Made by a program: the position numbers and the translations under genes. DNA of 26,114 nucleotides from Candidatus Krumholzibacteriia bacterium (GTDB taxonomy: Bacteria; Krumholzibacteriota; Krumholzibacteriia; WVZY01), in the NCBI GenBank assembly GCA_046754105.1, contig JBHHVD010000043.1, forward strand, positions 1 through 26,114, in the 5' to 3' direction. Below, piece by piece: positions 1 to 9,000 of the stretch; position 1 is the first letter of the stretch; each line of letters begins with the position of its first letter. Under the pieces are notes generated by a model. That model saw only the letters and a program-made list of their open reading frames with translations. It was not told the DNA's origin and did not search any database.

Positions 1-1143
1 GCGCCGGCCGATCGACGGGCGCGCTTCTTCATTGTTGAGCAGGCCAGCGACGGCTGTGGCCTGGGCTTCCAGGTCGCCGTCGCGAACCTTCCTCCCCGTT
101 TCACCCTCCCTGACCACGTCGCCGGTGTTGCCGGTGTCGAAAGCGACCACCGGGACACCGCACACCAGCGCCTCGCACGTCGGGATGGCCATGTTGGAAT
201 ACAGTCCGGTGGCGACGAGGACGTCCGTCGCAGCCATGAGGTCGGGGACGCGCTCGTGGGGGAGGGCCCCCGCGAAGACGACGCGGCCGGCCACTCCCAG
301 GTCCCCAGCGAGACGCTCGCAGCTCTCCCGTTCCGGACCGTCCCCCGCGACGAGGAACCATACCGGCACATTCGCTAGACGCTGGATCGCGGGTGCCGCG
401 CGAACGATCGTTTGCGGCCGCTTGGAATCGACCAGTCTCGAGAGAAACGACACCACGAGTGCACCGGTGGGGACGCCGAACTCGGCGCGAGCCGCGCCGC
501 GGTCGCAGGGCCGGTTCGCCCACTCGACGTTGATGCCGTTGGGAAGAAGGTGAACCTTGTCAGCGGGGACGCCCTGCCGCCGGGCCGCGTCATCCCCGCG
601 GGTGCCGTCGTCCAGGATGATCCACGCGTCCTGGGGAATCTTCAGCGCCATGATCTGCTCGAGGTTTTTTGCGACGTATCGCCAGCGGGGCCATTCCGTG
701 TGGACCAGATCGGCCACGCCGAAGAGCTTGACCGCCGACGGGATGGCGCAGAACTCACGGACCAGGTAGCTCGGCAGGGAGCCGTAGTAGGAGTGGCCGA
801 GGACGAAATGCGGGCGAATCCGGCGTGCGAGCACCAGTGCCCGGGCCGTTACGATCACGTTGAACAACGCGGGCCAAAGCACCCGCCGCAGGACCTTCGG
901 CCACCGGCTCATGGCGTCGAAAAAATTCGGATACGTATGGCTGAAATGGCTCTCGAACGAAAACTCCGGCGAGACCTCACTCCGCGGCGAGAGGAAGTGG
1001 AGTTCGTATCCGAGATCGGTGAGTCTCTTGCAAAAGCGGTAGTCGTCCGCGACACCGGCGCCTTTGCCCATCGATCGCTGCCGCTTCCACGGCGAGATGA
1101 TGAGGATCCGGTGCTTGCGTTTTCCTGGCGCGGTCGTGTTCAC
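1..1143 (-). CDS. Glycosyltransferase family 4 (GT-B fold) protein, 3' end outside the window
   Basis: Absent from the ORF track because it has no stop in the window. Translated by hand from GTG at 1143: MNTTAPGKRKHRILIISPW...VHLLPNGIN...FLSRLVDSKRP...LVAGDGPERE...VVFAGALPHERVPDLMAATDVLV...TCEALVCGVPVVAFDTGNTGDVVREGETG. These are typical GT4 motifs. The start codon is less certain than the frame. Confidence 0.9.
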   Translation of the reverse strand, partial: MNTTAPGKRKHRILIISPWKRQRSMGKGAGVADDYRFCKRLTDLGYELHFLSPRSEVSPEFSFESHFSHTYPNFFDAMSRWPKVLRRVLWPALFNVIVTARALVLARRIRPHFVLGHSYYGSLPSYLVREFCAIPSAVKLFGVADLVHTEWPRWRYVAKNLEQIMALKIPQDAWIILDDGTRGDDAARRQGVPADKVHLLPNGINVEWANRPCDRGAARAEFGVPTGALVVSFLSRLVDSKRPQTIVRAAPAIQRLANVPVWFLVAGDGPERESCERLAGDLGVAGRVVFAGALPHERVPDLMAATDVLVATGLYSNMAIPTCEALVCGVPVVAFDTGNTGDVVREGETGRKVRDGDLEAQATAVAGLLNNEEARPSIGRR

Positions 1144-1167
1144 GAGCGGTCCGACGAGTTATAAGCG

Positions 1168-2025
1168 CTACACGACTGGATTGGTCAGCGTTCCAAGCCC
1201 GTCGATCATCGCCGTGAGGACGTCGCCTTTCTCCAGAAAACGCTGCGGGGTCGCGAACACTCCGACTCCGGCGGGCGTACCCGTGGCGATGATATCACCG
1301 GGCTCCAGCGTCATGCTGTGCGACATGTAATGGACCAGGTAGAACACCCTGAAAGTCATATCGCCGGTGCTGCCCGACTGGCGGGTCTTACCGTTCACAT
1401 CGAGCGAAATCGCAAGCGCGTGCGGGTCGGGGATCTCCGCCGCCGTCGTGAGGCTCGGACCGGTCGGTCCAAAGCCGTCGAAACTCTTCGCCCGGAACCA
1501 CTGCTTCTCGCGGAACTGCACGTCGCGTGCGCTGATGTCCATGAACACGGAATAGCCGGCGATGTACTTCGGCGCGTCGTCCAGCGGCACGTCCTTCGCT
1601 CGTTTCCCGATAATGACGGCGAGCTCGACTTCGTGGTCGAGCTGTGTTACACCGTTCGGCAACGGAATCGGGTCGCCGTTTCCGACCAGCGCGCTGGGCG
1701 CCTTGCCGAACGTCAGCGGCCAGTCGGGGACGTCCTTTTCCTGTTCCTGGGCGTGGCTCTTATAATTGAGCCCGACACAGATAATCTTGCTCGGGTCGGT
1801 AACCGGCGGGCCTAGACGGACGTCCTTGAGCTTGCGGAAACATTTCGCGGGCAGCGTGGAAGCTTTCTTGATCACCGTATCCACCCTCGGCAGCGCTCCC
1901 ACCTCCAGGATCTTCTTTACCGTGGGTGGAATGGCGGGGTTGGCGGCGACGAGGTCGATCACGCGGTCGCCGGTGATGACGCCTGGCTTTTCCTGTCCTC
2001 TGGGCCCAAAACTGACGATTTTCAT
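1168..2025 (-). CDS. Fumarylacetoacetate hydrolase family protein
   Basis: Motifs KIICVGLNY, DHEVELAVIIG, DISARD, KSFDGFGP and GDIIATGTPAGVG. Start moved to ATG 2025 (MKIVSFG...), which lies 6 nt below a -10 box. Confidence 0.93.
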   Translation of the reverse strand: MKIVSFGPRGQEKPGVITGDRVIDLVAANPAIPPTVKKILEVGALPRVDTVIKKASTLPAKCFRKLKDVRLGPPVTDPSKIICVGLNYKSHAQEQEKDVPDWPLTFGKAPSALVGNGDPIPLPNGVTQLDHEVELAVIIGKRAKDVPLDDAPKYIAGYSVFMDISARDVQFREKQWFRAKSFDGFGPTGPSLTTAAEIPDPHALAISLDVNGKTRQSGSTGDMTFRVFYLVHYMSHSMTLEPGDIIATGTPAGVGVFATPQRFLEKGDVLTAMIDGLGTLTNPVV

Positions 2026-2031
2026 GCGTTT

Positions 2032-2061
2032 ACTATAGAGCCCCGCCGGCACGGGTGTCAC
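2032..2061 (-). promoter_or_regulatory. Sigma70-type promoter, probably giving a leaderless FAH mRNA
   Basis: Minus strand reads GTGACA-N18-TATAGT-N6-ATG, with no Shine-Dalgarno. Confidence 0.6.
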
Positions 2062-2077
2062 GCCAAAAAGACCGCCG

Positions 2078-3922
2078 CTACGAGGAGTCGCTCTTCAATG
2101 CGTCGATGCGGCGCAGGAACTCCGTCTTGTCGACGAAACCGAGCACCCGCAGGTCCTTGCGTTCCTTGCCGCTTCGGTCCATGAAAACAACGGTCGGTAC
2201 ACCTCGTATGGCGAATTCCTTTCTGAGGTCCGAGACCTGCCTCGAGGCGCTCTGGGTCAAATCGGCCTTGAGCACCAGGAATCCGGACGTGGCGGCGACC
2301 ACCTCAGGTTGCGAGAACGTCTTGTGGTCCAATTCCTTACAGGGAAGGCACCAGTCCGCGGCGAAGTCGATCAAAACAAACCGGTTATCCAGCCGGGCCT
2401 GCTCCAGCATCCGGGCGTCGAACGCGTCCCACTGGATGCCGCCCGTGGCGTCGCCCCGCGCGATGATGTGCCCGGGGTTGAGGATCAGGTAGAGCCCGAA
2501 GAGCGGCGCGGCGATTCCCACGAAGCGCTTGAACACGACAAAGAACAGGGCGGTGGTCTGTGTCTTCTTCAAGAAACCGAGCACGATTCCGCCGCTCATC
2601 AAGAGCAACCCGGTTAGCGCCCAGTAGACGGGATCGCCGATCAGCGGCTGGAGGAAGAAAATGGCCATGCCGACGAGGATAACGCCGAACAGCTTCTTCA
2701 CCCATTCCATCCACTCTCCGGACTTCGGCAGGCGCGTGATATTGCCGGAAAGGACGGCCAGAACGATGAAGGGAGCGCCCAACCCAAGGGCCAGGGTGAA
2801 GAAGAGCCAGAACCCCAAGACGGGATTGCCGCTCTCTCCGACGAATGTCAGGAGCGCCAGGACAAACGGGCCGATGCACGGGGCGGCCACGACTCCGACG
2901 GTCAAACCCATGAGAAACGCGCCGACCACACCCTGCTTCGACGACGACGAACCGGCCAGGTTGCTAAGCCGCGCGGGAACGCGGAACTCGTACGCGCCGA
3001 ACATGGACATGGCCAGTCCCACCATGACCAGCGCCACGAACAGGACGACATACGGATTCTGCAGCGCCGTGCCCAGGATACTACCGGTCAGGGCCGCGAC
3101 GAGCCCCAGGGTCGAATAGGTTGTCGCCATCCCCAACACGTACAACACGGCGAGCATCAGCGTGCTCGAGGTCTTGCCGCCGGCCTGACCGCCGAAATAC
3201 CCGACGGTAATCGGGATAATCGGATATACGCACGGTGTGAGGTTCAACGCGAGTCCCCACACGAAGACGAGCAGAAACGCGACCAGCAACCCCTGGCTGC
3301 CGACGACGGCGCCAAGACGACCGCTGTCGCCTGTGGCCGGCCCGGCGGCGGCGATCGACGAAAAGTCGATTCGGCCGAAGATATCGGTGTGAGTGGCGTC
3401 GATGGCTTCGGTCGGCCCGGACACCGGCACGGCGATGGCGACGATCTTGTTCTCCGGCGCGAGGCATTTCTCGTTGTCACACGCCTGATAGGTCACGGTC
3501 GCCGTCACTGTCATCTCGCCGGTCGCGACCTCCGGCGACACGGACAGCCTCACCCCGATCAGCGCCTGTTTCTCGTAGAGTGCCAGTGGCTTCTCGGAGA
3601 AGGAGAGCTTCTTCTCGACGGCCTCCGGGTAGACGATTCCGTCCACCGACACACCCGGGGGCGCCTCGACGGTCACGCGGGTCGGGATCAGGAATTCATC
3701 GTTGACGCGGTGGGCGTTGACGTGCCAGTGGCCCTTGAGCTGCAGCGCTACGGCCAGATCGATGGTGCCGCCCTGCGGCACGCTGCTCAGCGATCGGTAC
3801 GATTCCAGGGCGACCGGCTCGCCGATGAGGTCGAGCTCCAGCGCGGCCGCCGGGCCTGCGGCGATGCCGAGTGCGAGCGCCGCGAGGAGCAACAGCGGCT
3901 TTGTAGCTGATTTCGTAATCAA
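2078..3922 (-). CDS. dsbD: Thiol:disulfide interchange protein DsbD (protein-disulfide reductase)
   Basis: Signal peptide, N-terminal domain with YQACDNEKC, transmembrane domain with TPCVYP and APCIGP, C-terminal thioredoxin with ADWCLPC. TTG start preceded by AAAGGGA. Confidence 0.92.
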   Translation of the reverse strand: MITKSATKPLLLLAALALGIAAGPAAALELDLIGEPVALESYRSLSSVPQGGTIDLAVALQLKGHWHVNAHRVNDEFLIPTRVTVEAPPGVSVDGIVYPEAVEKKLSFSEKPLALYEKQALIGVRLSVSPEVATGEMTVTATVTYQACDNEKCLAPENKIVAIAVPVSGPTEAIDATHTDIFGRIDFSSIAAAGPATGDSGRLGAVVGSQGLLVAFLLVFVWGLALNLTPCVYPIIPITVGYFGGQAGGKTSSTLMLAVLYVLGMATTYSTLGLVAALTGSILGTALQNPYVVLFVALVMVGLAMSMFGAYEFRVPARLSNLAGSSSSKQGVVGAFLMGLTVGVVAAPCIGPFVLALLTFVGESGNPVLGFWLFFTLALGLGAPFIVLAVLSGNITRLPKSGEWMEWVKKLFGVILVGMAIFFLQPLIGDPVYWALTGLLLMSGGIVLGFLKKTQTTALFFVVFKRFVGIAAPLFGLYLILNPGHIIARGDATGGIQWDAFDARMLEQARLDNRFVLIDFAADWCLPCKELDHKTFSQPEVVAATSGFLVLKADLTQSASRQVSDLRKEFAIRGVPTVVFMDRSGKERKDLRVLGFVDKTEFLRRIDALKSDSS

Positions 3923-3949
3923 GAACGTCCCTTTCGGTTGTTACTAAAT

Positions 3950-3978
3950 AAGTTATGCCATGGACGGCCGGTTGTCAA
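3950..3978 (-). promoter_or_regulatory. Sigma70-type promoter for dsbD
   Basis: Minus strand reads TTGACA-N17-TAACTT. Confidence 0.6.
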
Positions 3979-4001
3979 GCACACCGCGCCGGACTTCGAC
4001 A

Positions 4002-4886
4002 CTATATCAGTTTATACGCCAGGCCCAGGGAGAGAGTTTGCTTGAAACGGGCCCCGCGGTCGATCTGACGGTCGAAGAGGAGCTGCACGTAGAGATTGAC
4101 CTCGATGTAGCGGGTGATCGAGGCGGAGAAAATGTTCTCGAGATTGATGTCCGGATACTTCCAGTCGTCTTCGCCGGGCGTGCCGAGGAGGTCGTCTTTG
4201 GCCGTCGAAAAGAAGCTCTGAAAAACGGTGAGCTTGCTGGTGAGCAGGATCGCGTCATCCGACAGCGGTGTCACGAGGTCGTTGACCAACTCGACCCCCG
4301 CCGAGTGCTCCGTGGTCGTGCGCCGGGCGCCACCCAAAGGATCGGGCGCATCCCGATCGATCACCTGGCGGGCGGCGAGTCCGATCCGGGTCTGCCACTG
4401 ACGCTTGTCGTCCTTGATAAACACCCTCGCGGCGCCGGCGCTTTCCGTCAGGTCCAGCGGATTGATCCACCGGTCCCGGGCCGGATCGGCCTGGTCGAGA
4501 AACTGCGTGATGCCGCGAAAAGCGACGATCGGCTCGACGAAGGTCCCCAATGTGAACCGATAGGTTGTCTCGAGGTCGATCAGGTCGGTTGATTTGTCAC
4601 CGGAGCCCCATTTGTCGGTCGCCGGGTCCTGATTGTAGGTGATGCCGTACGAGAGTTTGAGTGTGTTCTGGCTGAACACCTTTGGCAGCACCTGCTTTTC
4701 GGCGGTCGTGAGAGACGTTAGGGTCCAACTCATCGAGCCCGATTCACCTCCCACCCAGTTGCCGCTGTAGGCGTTCTGCGTGAGCGTCAGGTGGATGTCC
4801 GAGGCCAGTTTCCATGGTCCGGCGGCGGCGCGCCCGGCCATGGGGACGACCGCGGCCAGGCAGATGACCAGAGCCGTGGTTCTCAT
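4002..4886 (-). CDS. DUF3078-like exported protein, probable outer-membrane beta-barrel
   Basis: Signal peptide, TQNAYSGNWVGGESG motif, alternating amphipathic strands and C-terminal LSLGLAYKLI. RBS AAAGGAG. Confidence 0.7.
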   Translation of the reverse strand: MRTTALVICLAAVVPMAGRAAAGPWKLASDIHLTLTQNAYSGNWVGGESGSMSWTLTSLTTAEKQVLPKVFSQNTLKLSYGITYNQDPATDKWGSGDKSTDLIDLETTYRFTLGTFVEPIVAFRGITQFLDQADPARDRWINPLDLTESAGAARVFIKDDKRQWQTRIGLAARQVIDRDAPDPLGGARRTTTEHSAGVELVNDLVTPLSDDAILLTSKLTVFQSFFSTAKDDLLGTPGEDDWKYPDINLENIFSASITRYIEVNLYVQLLFDRQIDRGARFKQTLSLGLAYKLI

Positions 4887-4925
4887 TCGAAACTCCTTTC
4901 CCTGCGGCAGTAGCGCCTGGCGGCG

Positions 4926-5561
4926 CTAGCGCTTGCATGCCATCGTGATGCCGTCGCGGATGGTCAGCATGACGCTCTCCACCCGCGGGTCGTTGCGCAC
5001 GTGCGTGTTGAATGCGACCAGGGCGTGGTCGTCCGCTTCCTTCGGATCCAGGACCCGCCCGCTCCATAGTACGTTGTCCGCCAGTACCAGCCCGCCCCGG
5101 CGCACCATGGGCACACAGGCTTCCCAATACGCGATGTAATTGCCCTTGTCGGCGTCGATGAATACGAGGTCGAACGGGCCCTGCAGCCGGCCCAGGGTCT
5201 CGAGCGCCGGGCCGAGTTCCAGGGTGATCTTCTGCCCGTGCGGGCTGCCCGCCCAGTGCTTGCGGGCGATGGCCGCCGTAGCGCGGTCGATTTCACATGT
5301 GACCACCTCACCGCCCGCCTCCATGCCCTCGGCGAGCATCAGGGCACTATAGCCTGTAAAAGTACCGATTTCGAGGGTGCGGCGGGCCCGCAGCGACCGC
5401 GCGAGCAGTTTCAGAAAGGTGCCCTCCACCCCGCCGACGAGCATCTCGGGCTGCGTCGTGCTCGCCCGTGTCTCCCCGGCGAGGGCGTCCAGCGGGTGCG
5501 AGGGAGGGGAGGTGTGGGCTTCCGCGTAGGCGGAAATGTCTTCGGGAATGAACGAAATCAT
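4926..5561 (-). CDS. Class I SAM-dependent O-methyltransferase (caffeoyl-CoA OMT-like family)
   Basis: Motifs LEIGTFTGYSAL, FDLVFIDADK, LADNVLWSG and IRDG. Start ATG 5561 with RBS AAGGAG; the ORF-track extension overlaps the promoter. Confidence 0.93.
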   Translation of the reverse strand: MISFIPEDISAYAEAHTSPPSHPLDALAGETRASTTQPEMLVGGVEGTFLKLLARSLRARRTLEIGTFTGYSALMLAEGMEAGGEVVTCEIDRATAAIARKHWAGSPHGQKITLELGPALETLGRLQGPFDLVFIDADKGNYIAYWEACVPMVRRGGLVLADNVLWSGRVLDPKEADDHALVAFNTHVRNDPRVESVMLTIRDGITMACKR

Positions 5562-5619
5562 CCGATTCTCCTTATGTCTCTTGAGGTTACGCGGCCCCGC
5601 GACCGGTGGCGAGGGGTCC

Positions 5620-5648
5620 AGCATAGAACATCGCCGTGGGTGAGGCAA
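5620..5648 (-). promoter_or_regulatory. Sigma70-type promoter for the O-methyltransferase/DUF3078 unit
   Basis: Minus strand reads TTGCCT-N17-TATGCT. Confidence 0.6.
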
Positions 5649-5818
5649 CCGGTAGCCCGGCGATTGTCTGGCTGCGGGGTCATCGGCAGGGCAACCTCTT
5701 TTATCAAACGACGTTAGTGCGGTTTGGAGGCACCGGCGCTGGACCATGCGCTGGCGTCCGGATCATCCGGCGGGCCGGGGCGCGGCCGGCCGGTTCGCCA
5801 TCCGGAGACCGCACATTT

Positions 5819-5844
5819 TTACAGGTGTAATAAGAACTTTACAC
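5819..5844. promoter_or_regulatory. Palindromic operator-like site overlapping the -35 of the CHAT promoter
   Basis: GTGTAA-N8-TTACAC (5825-5844), with an overlapping TTACA-GG-TGTAA (5819-5830). Confidence 0.5.
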
Positions 5845-5866
5845 TGATTCCATCTTGCGCTATAAT
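5838..5866 (+). promoter_or_regulatory. Near-consensus sigma70 promoter for the TPR-CHAT gene
   Basis: TTTACA-N17-TATAAT within an AT-rich patch. Confidence 0.8.
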
Positions 5867-6017
5867 AAACGCTTGGGAAGACGGGCCTCGTCCTGGTAAC
5901 AATCTCACCTCAAACACGCCCGGATTCCCGCCGGCAAAAATTCTTTCACTTCTTAACGTTTGCGAAGACCGGCACGAGTCCACCAGGTTTGGTGCCAACC
6001 GGGGGAGGATTTCGCTC

Positions 6018-9000
6018 ATGCCATTGCTGTCGATGGCGCGCCGCGCGTTCGTGTTGTCGCTCGTCGTCGCATTGCTGCCGGTTGTTGCGTTCTCTCAAGA
6101 TGATCCAATCTTGACATTTATCAATAATGCCGCGTCGGTCTGGAGTGACGGTGGAGACGAACCGTTGTCCGGTTATATCGCGGAACATCCGATCCTGGTC
6201 GGAGCAGCCGTCGCCCAACTCCTGGACGTGGCCATCGAAGTCGGCGATGCGGGAAACACCAAGGACGAAAAAGAGAACGTCGAGTTCGCCGAATTGGTCG
6301 CGCGGCTTTACAAAGAGAAGACGGGGTCGGCGGCGCCGCTGGATCTGGTGACGGCGTACCAGGGTTGGGGGAGCTCGGAACGTTCGCGGCGGGCGAAGGC
6401 GAAAAACCTCGAAGCGCAATCGAACGAGGCCCGGGCGGATGGAGATCTTCCCAAGGCGGAACAACTGCTCCTCGACGCGAAGTCGATCTACGAGGCGATC
6501 GGCGACCGGCATTCGCGCGCGGTGGTCTTCGGGAGTCTGGGCGTGGTCTACTGGTACGCCGGCGACTTCGACGGGGTCATCGAGCACTACGAGAGCGCGC
6601 TGCAGGCGCGGCGCGAGGTCGAGGATCGGATCCTCGAGGGCAAGACGCTCAACGGCCTGGGGAGCGCGTACCGTCAGAAGGGGGATAGCAAGGCCGCGAT
6701 CGATTTCTACGGGCAGGCCGTCGCGCTGCGGCGCGAAACCAAAGATCTCGGCGGGCTGGGCACGTCGCTGACCTACCTCGGCGATTTGTACCAGCAAGTG
6801 GGGCGAGTGCTGGACGCGCGCAAGTGCTTCGAGGAGGCGTTACCCATTCTCGAAGCGTCGGGTAAGGCGGCGCTGATGGTGGATATCCTCACGGCGGTCG
6901 CAAACCTGAATTCCGATATGAAACGGCAGAGCGCGGCCAATGAGTCCTATCGAAAGGCGATCGAAATCGCCGCCGCCACGGACCAGCCGCTCAAGGAAGC
7001 GGCATCCCGCATAAACCTCGGAACCAACCTTCGACTGGAGGGGAGTTACAACGAGTCCCTTGCAGAACTCGACGCGGCAGAGGAGCTGCTAGACCGGGCG
7101 CCGGATACGTTCCTGACCGCGTCACTGTATCGCGAGCGCGGGTTGACGCATCTGGCCATTGGGGAGCTGGACCGGGCGCGCGAAGACCTGCTGTCATGCG
7201 CGAGGCTCGCCCAGACTTTCGACAATCCCGTCCACCACATCGAAGCCCTGATCAACATCGGGTTGCTCTACCAGAAGCTCGGGGCGTACGACCGCGGTCT
7301 CAAATCCGCGGCAAAGGCGAAGAAGCTGGCAGGCGAATCGGAGCTGCCGCGTCTCGTGCGCGAAGCGGATGTCCTTGCCGCCGAGCTCGAGTGGTTACGG
7401 GGGAGACCGGGGGAATCGCTGGCCGGCTGGCGGCGGGCTCTCGAGCGGGATCGTGCAGACGGCCTCAAGTCCCTGGTCGTTCAGGACGAGCTCGGCATGG
7501 CCAACGCCAACGCGCTTCTCGGCAAGAACGACGAGGCGAGGAAGGGATTCTGGAGCGCGTACTCCACGGTAAGCCAGTTGGGTAGCGGCGGCCTGGAGAG
7601 CGCGGTCCACCTCGGCATCGCGCACACCTACGAAAAGGAAAACCCAGACAGCGCCGTGTTCCATTACGAACGGGCGCTCGCCGCGATCGAGAAATCGCGG
7701 GCGACGCTCGGTAGCGCGGCGGTGAGATCGGGATTTCTCTCGGGCGAGCGGCGCTTCTTTTACGAAGAGGTCGCGCGGTATTACGCATCGCTCGACCGTG
7801 ACGACAAGTCCGGCGGGTGGTCCGGGCGCGCGTTCGAAACCGCCGAACGGGCGAAGGCACGGGGCCTGCTCGACCTGCTCGAGCAGTCGGTCCTGGGACA
7901 GGCCTCGGAGGCGGAGAACGCGCTTCTCGATTCGCTCTACCATATGGGCGACTCCGGGGAGGCCGAAAAGAAGGAACAGCTGAAGAAGCGCTACGCGGCG
8001 CTGAGGGACGAGCGCCTGCGCAACTCCATCGGCGACCTCGCCGCCGGCCGCGTGGCCACGATTGCAGAAGTGCAGGGCGCGCTTCCCAAGGGAACGGTGC
8101 TGCTTGAATACGCGCTGGGAGATACCAGTTCGCTGATGTGGGCCGTCGACGGCAAGGGGCATTCGCTCTACGTGCTCCCCGATCGCAAGACGATCCGCGT
8201 TCAGGTCGAGCGCCTGCGCGACGCCATCGCGCGTCCCGGGGCCGGAGACGCCACGCTACTGAAAACGGCGCGGAATCTCTACTCGCTACTCGTCGCGCCC
8301 GCAGAAGATCGCCTGGCAAGAAACAAGAATCTGATAATCATCCCCGACGGGATACTCTTCGAGACCCCGTTCGAAGTTCTGCTGACCGGCGAGCCTGGCG
8401 GCAACCCGAACTGGGAGAAGCAGCCGTTTCTGGCGCGGCGGTTCGATACGATTTATGCGCCTTCGGCCTCTGTTTTTCTCAAGCTCGAAAATGCGGAGCG
8501 GAAGGGGACCTACAGTGGAGAGCTCCTCGCTCTCGGCGACCCGGATTTCTCGCGGCTGCGGGCCGCAGCCGGTTCGTCGACGGCGCTGGCGCCGTTGCCG
8601 CATACCCGGTCGGAAGTGTTGAACATCAGTTCGCGTCTCAAGGATGACCAGAAGCAGGTGCTGCTCGGAGACGACGCTAGCGAATCGTTGCTGAAGGAAA
8701 ACCTCCGCGCGCGAAGACCCCGGGTTTTACATCTCGCCACGCACGGCCTGATCAATCCCCTGCAGCCGGTGTCATCCAGCGTGGCGCTCTCCAGGAGCGA
8801 CGGCTCAACGGAGGACGGCTATCTGCACACGCTCGAGATCCTCTCACTCCCGCTCGATGTGGGCCTGGTCGTGCTATCCGCGTGTGAAACCGCCCGCGGC
8901 AAGGTGGGCCGGGGTGAGGGTGTCGTGGGTCTGAGCCGCGCGTTCATCGCGTCGGGCGCCGGGGGCGTGGTCGCCAGCCTGTGGGCCGTTTCCGATGAGT

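Noticed and set aside
5562..5720. SAM, SAH or c-di-GMP riboswitch upstream of the O-methyltransferase
   Set aside because: No matching core motifs by eye, and the predicted promoter leaves only a ~50-nt leader. An Rfam scan would be decisive.
5724..6017. N-terminal extensions in the ORF track (CHAT from 5724, OMT from 5747, FAH 2061, 22117, 23079, 22883, 26085)
   Set aside because: Most run through promoter motifs or neighbouring genes. The downstream starts have SD sites, signal peptides or leaderless geometry.
6111..6128. TTGACA...AATAAT inside the CHAT gene as an internal promoter
   Set aside because: The spacing is only 6 nt.
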